From Oculatellaceae cyanobacterium bins.114 (GTDB lineage Bacteria; Cyanobacteriota; Cyanobacteriia; Elainellales; Elainellaceae): 15,320 nt of DNA. Positions within the stretch are counted from its first letter, which is position 1, and every line of letters begins with the position of its first letter. Location of the stretch: NCBI GenBank assembly GCA_033764315.1, contig JANRJA010000224.1:1-15320 (forward strand), given 5' to 3'. The translations under genes were made by a program, and so were the position numbers. Positions 1 through 6,825 of the stretch are shown one piece after another. The notes under the pieces are model-generated. The model worked only from the letters and a program-made list of their open reading frames with translations. It had not been told where the DNA came from and searched no databases.

Positions 1-83
1 TGGGGAAGGTTCTGAGCCAGTCGCAGTTCTGTTAAAGTACGGTCTTCTTCAGCGGTCAAAAGAATGCGTAAAGGAGCAGGCAT
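1..83 (-). CDS. IS630-family transposase, N-terminal helix-turn-helix region (partial)
   Basis: My translation from ATG at 83 is MPAPLRILLTAEEDRTLTELRLAQNLP, running off the window edge. It resembles the N-terminus of cyanobacterial IS630-type HTH transposases as I recall them. It is absent from the ORF track because it is truncated. Confidence 0.75.
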   Translation of the reverse strand, partial: MPAPLRILLTAEEDRTLTELRLAQNLP

Positions 84-138
84 AATAGGCGAATTTAGCT
101 AACGCTCTATCTTACAATTAATCCCACCCACCTACTTA
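1..138 (-). mobile_element. Left end of an IS630-like insertion sequence, truncated by the window edge
   Basis: A transposase start codon lies at 83 on the minus strand. Upstream of it the minus strand reads TA-AGTAGGTGGGTGGGATTAATTGTAAGATAG, beginning at TA 137-138, which fits the IS630 TA target. An unrelated repeat resumes immediately at 139. Confidence 0.75.
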
Positions 139-209
139 GAAAGCCTGGATTGGCTTGAGTCCGTAACGGCGGACTTTATTCTTGTAGTCGCGGTTTTAAC
201 CGCCAAAAA
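137..209. repeat. Right half of a REPIN-like four-hairpin repeat module
   Basis: Hairpin AGTCCG-taacgg-CGGACT (158-175), GTAG (184-187) and hairpin GCGGTT-tt-AACCGC (190-203). The layout matches 5130-5175. The spacer AGAAAGCCTGGATTGGCTTGAGTCC matches AGAAAGTTTGGATTGGTTTGAAGTCC at 14418-14443. Confidence 0.8.
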
Positions 210-575
210 CTTCTCAGCCCTCCGTTTGGTTTGGGGATTTAATGGGTTAGCCCACACTTCAGTTACGAGCAATTGTGGCAAGTGGTGCCAGATCTAGGCA
301 CTGGGTAAGCATAAATTTTGGGTTGTGGTAGTTGTAACTGGGATCATCAGGATTTCTTGCGATCGAGGGTTGATAGTCATGAATACCTTGCCAGGGTTGC
401 CTCTCCGTCAGATGACTCTCATATTCAAGGATGGGGATGCCTGATAGACTTGCCTAATGACTGTGATCTGGCAATTCCTTCTCACCCTCTGTTTTGAGAC
501 AGGGATAAGAGGTCTGTGAATGCTGGGTTGGTTATGAGCGTGGTGTCCTGTTGTGGGTAAGGGTAAAGTCGCAGC

Positions 576-3203
576 ATGAGGAGAAGACTATCGCGTGGAC
601 GAAGATGGTTTCAATTTCTGGGATACATTTTGTTGGGGGCGATCGCCCTCAGTGGACTCAGTGGAGCGTGGACGGGGGTTGCTGCTCTACCGACTCCTTT
701 AAAAGAGATGGTAGACGTCTCACCAGACCCAGCCGTTGAGACAATCAATCAACACATCAGACAGGGTCGAGCTTTATATCGAGCGGGTCGTTTTGCTGAG
801 GCGATCGCGGTTTGGTCTGAGGAGATTAATGCCAGTGGCGATCGGGGTAACGCATTACAGCAGGTGGTGTTGTTAAGTTATCTATCGCTAGCCCACCAGC
901 AACTGGGGCAACTCGAACAGGCCACTCAGGCGATCGAGCAGGGGCAACAGATATTGCAAGGTGTTAGGGGCGATCGCTCTAGCTCTCGTTATCATGCTGT
1001 CGAAGCTCAACTTTTAAATACACAAGGACGCTTATATTTCACGCAAGGGCAGGCAGAAGAAGCCTTAGAAACCTGGCAACGAGCGACCACTGCCTATGTC
1101 GAAGCTGACGATGAAATCAACCGCATCAACACGTTGATTAATCAAGCTCAGGCACAACAGGCATTGGGGTTATATTTGCAGACTCAACGCACCCTCACTG
1201 AAGTCGAGCGATCGCTGCAACAGCAGTCTGACCCCAACGTTCAAGTGGCAGGGCTACAAAGTCTGGGGAATGTTTTGCGGCTGATTGGCGACTTAGATCA
1301 GTCGCGCCAAGTGCTATTACAGGGGCTAGAACTAGCACAACAAGCTTCACCCCTTAACCGCAGTCTAATTTTATTTAGCCTGGGTAACACAACGCGATCG
1401 CAACAAGCTTGGGATGAGGCATTGTCCTTTTATCAACAGGCGGCTGACCAGGGAACTCCATTGCTGATCGTGCAAGCTCGTCTTAACCAACTAAGTTTGC
1501 TGATTGAGACAAAACGGCTAGACGCAGCTCAAGCTCTTGCGGATCAGATTGTGCCAGAGCTAGAAAAACTGCCCCAAAGCCGATCGGCAATCTATGCTCA
1601 AATTAACTACGCTCAGAGCTTAATTCAACTGACTCTTAGATCAGAGGAGCCAGTGACAACCGATGCATCCACTTTGGTGACAAGGGCGGCTCAGATTTTG
1701 GCAACAGCAACCCAACAGGCCCACGAGTTGGGTGATGTGCGGGCAGAGGCATATGCGCTGGGACACCTGGGTGGAGTGTATGAGCAAACCCAACAATGGG
1801 CGATCGCTCGACAACTGACAGAGCGAGCTCTTTTATTAGCCCAAGCTAATAACACGCCTGAGATTGCCTATCAATGGCAGTGGCAATTGGGGCGCATTCT
1901 CAAAGCTCAAGACCAATTAACGAATGCAACAGCAGCTTATAAATCAGCTTATGAAACGTTGCAAAATCTGCGAAGCGATTTAGTGGCGATCGACCCCAGC
2001 GTGCAATTTTCATTTCGAGAGAGTGTTGAACCCGTCTATCGAGAATATGTCAATTTATTATTGCAAGCCAACGATGCGGAAACCAGTCAACTCAATCTGA
2101 AGCAAGCCCGTGAGGTTATGGAGTCTCTGCAACTGGCAGAACTAACCAACTTCTTTCGCTCAGCTTGCTTAGAGGGACAAATCGTTGCTTTGGATCAAGT
2201 CGATCAAACCGAAGCAGCGGTCATTTATCCCATCATTCTGGCAGACCGACTAGAGATTATTTTGAGTCTGCCCAACCAGCCTTTGCACCGATATACGGCT
2301 GCTGTTTCTCAAGCTCAAGTCGAGACGACTGTTGAGCAACTGCGGCAAAATTTGGAGCGACCTTTCACGACTCCTGAGGGCAAGCAACTGGGGCAACAGC
2401 TTTATGACTGGATGATTCGCCCGATGGAAGCAGTCTTAGCCCAAAATCAGGTCAAGGTGTTGGTGTTTGTCTTAGATGGGGCCTTGCGAAATGTGCCGAT
2501 GGCAGCGTTGCGTGTAGGGAATGATTATTTAATTCAAAACTATGCCGTGGCGATCGCTCCTGGCTTGCAACTGCTGAACCCCCAACCGCTGCAACGACAA
2601 AAACTGGAGGTTTTAGCCGCTGGGTTAACTGAGGAACGGTATGGATTTAGCCCACTGAGTTATGTAGGGCAAGAATTGGCAGAGATTCAATCTCAGATAC
2701 CCAGCCAGATACTCCTAAATGGAGCATTCACCAGCACGGCTCTGCAAGAACAAATCAACTCCCTGCCCGTGCCAATCGTTCATTTGGCAACCCACGGACA
2801 GTTTAGCTCTAACCTCAACGACACCTTTGTGTTGGCGTGGGATAAACCTATTTTGATCGATGAATTGAGTAACTTGTTACGCACTGGCGATGAAACTCGC
2901 TCAGCGGCGATCGAACTGTTAGTGTTGAGTGCCTGTGAGACGGCTGCTGGAGACAAACGAGCTACGTTGGGGTTAGCAGGGATTGCCGTTCAAGCGGGTG
3001 CTCGTAGCACGCTAGCCTCACTGTGGACGATTGATGATGTGTCAGGTGCCCGTTTGATTAGCCAGTTTTATCAGGAGTTGTCAACGACCACCGCAACTAA
3101 AGCCGAAGCCCTGCGACAAGCCCAACTGGCACTTCTACAAAATCCTGATTTTAGACATCCGGTTCATTGGGCATCCTATGTTTTGATCGGCAATTGGTTA
3201 TAG
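576..3203 (+). CDS. TPR-repeat and CHAT-domain protein (caspase/HetF-like cysteine protease family) with an N-terminal export signal
   Basis: 875-aa ORF. It has a basic plus hydrophobic N-terminus and helical TPR-like repeats (e.g. AQLLNTQGRLYFTQGQAEEALETWQRA). CHAT motifs are LVFVLDGALRNVPMAAL, VHLATHGQFSS (His740), LLVLSACETAAGD (Cys787), LASLWTIDD and the terminal HPVHWASYVLIGNWL. Confidence 0.95.
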   Translation: MRRRLSRGRRWFQFLGYILLGAIALSGLSGAWTGVAALPTPLKEMVDVSPDPAVETINQHIRQGRALYRAGRFAEAIAVWSEEINASGDRGNALQQVVLLSYLSLAHQQLGQLEQATQAIEQGQQILQGVRGDRSSSRYHAVEAQLLNTQGRLYFTQGQAEEALETWQRATTAYVEADDEINRINTLINQAQAQQALGLYLQTQRTLTEVERSLQQQSDPNVQVAGLQSLGNVLRLIGDLDQSRQVLLQGLELAQQASPLNRSLILFSLGNTTRSQQAWDEALSFYQQAADQGTPLLIVQARLNQLSLLIETKRLDAAQALADQIVPELEKLPQSRSAIYAQINYAQSLIQLTLRSEEPVTTDASTLVTRAAQILATATQQAHELGDVRAEAYALGHLGGVYEQTQQWAIARQLTERALLLAQANNTPEIAYQWQWQLGRILKAQDQLTNATAAYKSAYETLQNLRSDLVAIDPSVQFSFRESVEPVYREYVNLLLQANDAETSQLNLKQAREVMESLQLAELTNFFRSACLEGQIVALDQVDQTEAAVIYPIILADRLEIILSLPNQPLHRYTAAVSQAQVETTVEQLRQNLERPFTTPEGKQLGQQLYDWMIRPMEAVLAQNQVKVLVFVLDGALRNVPMAALRVGNDYLIQNYAVAIAPGLQLLNPQPLQRQKLEVLAAGLTEERYGFSPLSYVGQELAEIQSQIPSQILLNGAFTSTALQEQINSLPVPIVHLATHGQFSSNLNDTFVLAWDKPILIDELSNLLRTGDETRSAAIELLVLSACETAAGDKRATLGLAGIAVQAGARSTLASLWTIDDVSGARLISQFYQELSTTTATKAEALRQAQLALLQNPDFRHPVHWASYVLIGNWL

Positions 3204-3206
3204 AAG

Positions 3207-3298
3207 ACGCGATGTGCAACTGAGGGGTTTAGATCCCCGGTTTCTCGTTGGAACTGACTCAAAGGTGCCTAGTTACATTCCTAGAAACCGGGGATCTG
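3207..3298 (+). repeat. ~92-bp repeat arm with an internal AGATCCCCGGTTTCT...AGAAACCGGGGATCT inverted repeat (copy 1)
   Basis: Perfect 15-bp internal inverted repeat at 3231-3245 and 3283-3297. Positions 3207-3249 match the reverse complement of 4949-4991 at 40/43. Confidence 0.85.
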
Positions 3299-3306
3299 GA
3301 ATAGTC

Positions 3307-3411
3307 TCATACCAATTTAAAGTTCAGGAGGTTAAAGTTCAGGAGGGGCTTAGCAGTGCCAAGCCCGTACTAGGACAGGATCTGTCGTGTTTTCAATTCA
3401 AATTGGTATCA
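3307..3411. mobile_element. MITE-like element with ATACCAATTT/AAATTGGTAT termini enclosing a REP-like palindrome
   Basis: Perfect 10-bp inverted repeat at 3309-3318 and 3400-3409, extendable with mismatches. Inside are the palindrome GGGCTT-agcagtgcc-AAGCCC followed by GTAC (3346-3370) and a 15-bp tandem duplication TTAAAGTTCAGGAGG (3317-3346). Confidence 0.55.
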
Positions 3412-3528
3412 CATAGGGTTATAGAAGCGTGAGAGCTTTATGGATCAACCGTCATGGACGCGATGGGGCAACGCATGATTCCGGTCTCTGACCGTCGCAT
3501 TATTGGCGATAGGTGGAACTACTTTTGT

Positions 3529-4680
3529 CTAAGGTGTTGTCACCGTAGGTAAGAGTTCGGGTTCACATGACTCTGGATCGATGACACATTCAAGGGCTGT
3601 ATCGATCTCTTTATGCGTCATTGGGTTAATGAAAAAATCGCCTGTTTGAGGCGGCAGGGTGGGGTCAAGCAACAATTCCATAATGGTTCTCACCATGCCA
3701 GCCAGGGGGATTGCCAAAATGACTCCCAATAGCCCTCCCACTCTCGCCCCTAAAAGCAACGCAGCTAAAACAATCGCTGGACTTAGTCCAGTCAAATTTC
3801 CCAATAGTCGAGGAGCCAGGAGGTTGTCTTTAACTTGTTGTAGAGCGATCGCCGCTCCCACCACTTGTACTGCCAACCACCAATCAATAAAGGCCACCAA
3901 AACGCCCACCGTAACGATGCCCAAGGTTGCGCCGATAAAGGGAATCACCTCCATCAAGCCAATGAAAATGGCAAAGACCAGAAAAAACGGCACCCGCAAC
4001 CACGAAAAAGCGATCGACAGAGTGACTGCCATGAATAAACCGAGCAAAAGTTGCCCTGAGAAAAACCGTTGTAGGTTACGACGAAATGACTCGGTTAAAA
4101 AATCGCGGATTGGCGGTGAAAAGAAGCTTGTCACTCCGTTCCATAGACGCTCTCCATCAAGCAACATGTAGAACGAGATCACTAAAATTAAGATTAAATC
4201 TAAAACCCAGTTAAACGTGCCTACCAACAACCCCACCCCACGGGTAGCGATCGTCTCTGCTTGCTCTTGAAGTTGAGTCAAAATCTGCTGTTGCAAGAGT
4301 GGCACAGCAAATCTGACTTGATGGGCTTTGCTCCAATCTTGTAACTCGCTTAACTGTTGCTGTCCAGAGGCGATCAAGTCAGGCAAATTGATGATCAGTT
4401 GTTGAGCCTGGTTGAGCACAGGAGGGGCGATCGTGACCCCAATTAATCCAACAATGACCCCGGCTGAGATGTAGACGACCCCAACCGCTAAGCCGCGTGG
4501 CATGAGCGATCGCAATGGTTTAACAGGATAATTCAACAAAAATGCAATTAATCCTGCGGTGACTAAAATGCTGATCAACTCGCTGAAGTAGTTCAACGCA
4601 TTCAGCATCATCCAACCTGTGAGCAAAATCAGCACCCAGGTAATTAATATTCGTTGTAATGGTGTAAATAGACGCTCCAT
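3529..4680 (-). CDS. AI-2E family transporter (PerM/TqsA-like membrane protein)
   Basis: Multiple hydrophobic segments with family motifs AFLLNYPV, ISFYMLLDG, IPFIGATLG, LQQVKDNLLAPRLLG and GLLGVILAIPLAG. I prefer ATG 4680, preceded by GAGGGAA, over the ORF-track TTG at 4701; ATG 4689 is also possible. Confidence 0.92.
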   Translation of the reverse strand: MERLFTPLQRILITWVLILLTGWMMLNALNYFSELISILVTAGLIAFLLNYPVKPLRSLMPRGLAVGVVYISAGVIVGLIGVTIAPPVLNQAQQLIINLPDLIASGQQQLSELQDWSKAHQVRFAVPLLQQQILTQLQEQAETIATRGVGLLVGTFNWVLDLILILVISFYMLLDGERLWNGVTSFFSPPIRDFLTESFRRNLQRFFSGQLLLGLFMAVTLSIAFSWLRVPFFLVFAIFIGLMEVIPFIGATLGIVTVGVLVAFIDWWLAVQVVGAAIALQQVKDNLLAPRLLGNLTGLSPAIVLAALLLGARVGGLLGVILAIPLAGMVRTIMELLLDPTLPPQTGDFFINPMTHKEIDTALECVIDPESCEPELLPTVTTP

Positions 4681-4900
4681 TTCCCTCATCACTCTGCACA
4701 AGGCTAATAAATCTACAGTCAGAGCCTAATTCCAGGCTAACAGGGTCAGCTCAGTTTCGGGATAACGCTTAGGAGGGAGTTTGAGGGGCGATCGCCGCTT
4801 GCCCAAGAGTCCAACTCGAATCAGCCTCAGGTTTAATTCAGCGATTTAATCCGGTGGCAGAGCTTCAGTCATGAAATTGTTACCCCGTATGCGACTTTCC

Positions 4901-4991
4901 CCAGATCCCGGTTGCTGTGGCGCAAAGTAGACTACTTTGAGGATGCTGAACGAGCAACCGGGGATCTAAACCTCTAAGTTGCACATCGCGT
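4901..4991 (-). repeat. ~91-bp repeat arm (copy 2), inverted relative to 3207-3298
   Basis: Internal inverted repeat AGATCCCGGTTGCT (4903-4916) and AGCAACCGGGGATCT (4953-4967). The outer 43 bp is 40/43 identical to copy 1, and the loop shares CTCAAAG. Confidence 0.85.
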
Positions 4992-5035
4992 AATTGTAGG
5001 TATTGCAAAGGCGAGTACTGCAAACGCTTTAACCC

Positions 5036-5200
5036 AAAGTGAATTCGGGATAAGGATTTTGGCGGTTGAAACCGCAGCTACAGGAGCAAAACCGACCTGC
5101 GTCGGTTCACTCAACCCTTGATTTTCTGTAGTTCGCGAAGGCGAACTTCGCTCTGATAGCTGCGAATTTATTCGCTAGGCTCTTAAACCGAACTGACGTT
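5036..5200. mobile_element. 165-bp MITE-like element with 19-bp imperfect TIRs and a 5-bp AACCC flanking duplication, carrying a complete four-hairpin REPIN-like module
   Basis: The left end AAAGTGAATTCGGGATAAG (5036-5054) matches the reverse complement of 5182-5200, AACGTCAGTTCGGTTTAAG, at 14/19. AACCC occurs at 5031-5035 and 5201-5205. Hairpins lie at 5062-5075, 5090-5107, 5130-5147 and 5162-5175. Confidence 0.75.
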
Positions 5201-5322
5201 AACCCAAATACTTGGCTCTGATGAACTAAATGGTTACTGATCTGGTTGACTGACAAAAGTTTTGAAAGGTGGATGACTTCGTTGTTTTTTGCCCCAAAAT
5301 AAATTTCTGGGCTAATTGCAAA

Positions 5323-5385
5323 AGTCCGGACTTCTTAGAACAGAGACTTGAATTGAGTAGGATGGAGTATTAAGAAATCGGGATT
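5323..5385. repeat. Degenerate inverted-repeat element related to the AGATCCCCG family
   Basis: AGTCCGGACTTCTTA (5323-5337) matches the reverse complement of TAAGAAATCGGGATT (5371-5385) at 12/15. Arm length and spacer size are similar to 3231-3297. Confidence 0.5.
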
Positions 5386-5707
5386 AATTTAGTTTAATAT
5401 TGTTTCTGTCTGGGGATAGACGAAGCGTATAAAAAATACTTTAGATGAATAAAATATTATTTTTAACCTTGGCTAAAAAGTATATTTTTCAATGCTTTGA
5501 GAAGATAAATAGTTGGCGTTGAGTTATATCTTTTGAGAAATTTATATCTAGCTCAAGTTAGATGAAAGCATTGAGTTTGATCAGTAAATTGAGATGGACA
5601 GAGGATTTTCACTATTAGAGATTGATTGAAAAAAGATAGCTTTAATTTGACGTTTTCATCAGTCAAAAAGTGAATATTCTACGTTGTTTGAGTGCCCCTT
5701 GGTCGCT

Positions 5708-5721
5708 GTAATTTTGGTTAC
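5708..5721. promoter_or_regulatory. Possible NtcA-type box (GTA-N8-TAC)
   Basis: GTAattttggtTAC lies about 255 bp upstream of the 5976 ORF. There is no TAN3T box at the canonical ~22-nt spacing, and a 6-base match can arise by chance. Confidence 0.25.
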
Positions 5722-5975
5722 TGTGTCTTCAACTGAGTTGAAGAAGGATTAATTTCTTTCAGCTTGTCAAGTGAAATCTACCGTGGGTTGAGATTAAGAT
5801 ATAACGTTTTTTAATCCGTTGTGAAACTACTTAGATCCAGGTATAGCGTTTGAGTCTAATACATTAGGCAAAGTGCTTAAATTTGAGATTTTCATGACGA
5901 ATTGAGCTTTTTGCAGCGTTACATCGGCTCAACACCCTTGCAAGTTGATGCTTGTTGCATTCCTAAATTATTGAA

Positions 5976-6524
5976 ATGAGGAAGATGAAAATGTTGATGC
6001 AAAATCGCACGATTTTGGCAAGTGCTGCGATCGCTGTTGTGGCTTCTCTAGGAGCATTGCTGCCTGCAAGTGCTCGTCCTGCATTTGATACTGAAGGGCA
6101 GCTTTTAGCCCAAAGCAGTGGTACACCCAGTGGTAATCCATCTACCATGCAGGATCCTAACCGTCCTAATGCAACGTCTGATCCGTCTCAACTCGACGTT
6201 CCTCGTGATCAGCGTGATGCTCCTCCTACAAGTGGTACTGAAGCAGGAATGCAGCGACCTGGAACTGGCACAGGGGCTTCTGGCACAGGCACTCCAACCT
6301 CTCAAGATCCTAACCGCCCTGATGCGACCTCCGACCCGGCTCAGTTGGGCACTCCTCGTGACCAACGCGATGCTCCTCCAGCTAGCACTCCTGGAACAGG
6401 CACTTCTCAAGGTGGTAGCACGACTCAGCAAAGAACTACAACTCAGCAGAATTACCAGACTCAACCCAGCACTGGAACATCTTCAGGGTATTCCACAAAT
6501 GAACCCGTTCGGGGTCTATGGTAA
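5976..6524 (+). CDS. Small secreted low-complexity protein with two 26-aa repeats and C-terminal EPVRGLW
   Basis: Sec-like signal peptide (RTILASAAIAVVASLGALLPASA) and a Gly/Thr/Ser/Pro/Gln-rich body. The two repeat copies differ mostly at synonymous positions, which supports this reading frame. A terminator follows. The true start may be a later Met (5985, 5991 or 5997). Confidence 0.85.
   Translation: MRKMKMLMQNRTILASAAIAVVASLGALLPASARPAFDTEGQLLAQSSGTPSGNPSTMQDPNRPNATSDPSQLDVPRDQRDAPPTSGTEAGMQRPGTGTGASGTGTPTSQDPNRPDATSDPAQLGTPRDQRDAPPASTPGTGTSQGGSTTQQRTTTQQNYQTQPSTGTSSGYSTNEPVRGLW
6150..6380 (+). repeat. Intragenic 78-bp (26-codon) direct repeat, two copies
   Basis: 6150-6227 encodes QDPNRPNATSDPSQLDVPRDQRDAPP and 6303-6380 encodes QDPNRPDATSDPAQLGTPRDQRDAPP (22/26 aa identical). 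Confidence 0.95.
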
Positions 6525-6671
6525 GCGATCGCCCCTTTTGGTCGCGTCTATATGAATGTCGATTTATCAACAGTCGCTACAAATCAGTAAGAGAGGTTTA
6601 ACAGACTAAATCTCTTCATGTGAATGATGAGTTGTAGCAGGGTTTAAATCGGTATCACTCTCACAAAGGCG

Positions 6672-6704
6672 ATGCTTGTCCACGATTGGGCAAGCATTTT
6701 TTTT
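6672..6704 (+). terminator. Rho-independent terminator
   Basis: Stem ATGCTTGTCCA-cgat-TGGGCAAGCAT (one G-U pair) followed by a T-run, downstream of the 5976-6524 gene. Confidence 0.8.
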
Positions 6705-6825
6705 GGCGTTGCTGAATGCAGGTATAGCCCTGTGCATAAGCCTTGAGTAGCGAGGACTAGGGGGGGCACCGTTGCCCTTACAACATGCCCATTAACTGAG
6801 TTTGCAGTCCTGGCTATTAATATTG

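Noticed and set aside
576..3203. TPR-CHAT protein as a CRISPR type III-E (Craspase) or other defence component
   Set aside because: There are no cas genes, CRISPR array or defence partners in the window, and the protein has an export-type leader in an exoprotein context.
3214..3432. 72-aa ORF downstream of the CHAT gene
   Set aside because: It lies entirely over two repeat elements, starts with GTG, and its KVQEVKVQE repeat simply reflects the 15-bp DNA duplication.
3659..4171. 170-aa plus-strand ORF
   Set aside because: Antisense shadow of the AI-2E transporter gene with no recognisable motifs.
6150..6380. Repeat peptide as a RiPP precursor (microviridin or cyanobactin type)
   Set aside because: There is no TxKYPSD core, no PFFARFL or cyanobactin leader, and no modifying enzymes in the window. 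The N-terminus is a Sec-type signal.
5963..6555. Alternative ORFs 5963-6148(-), 6105-6464(-) and 6118-6555(+)
   Set aside because: They overlap the 5976-6524 gene, whose frame is supported by a signal peptide and by synonymous-biased divergence between its repeats.
6758..6781. Possible REP unit TAGGGGGGGCACCGTTGCCCTTAC
   Set aside because: Only a short stem is present and there is no close second copy in the window, so it is too degenerate to call.
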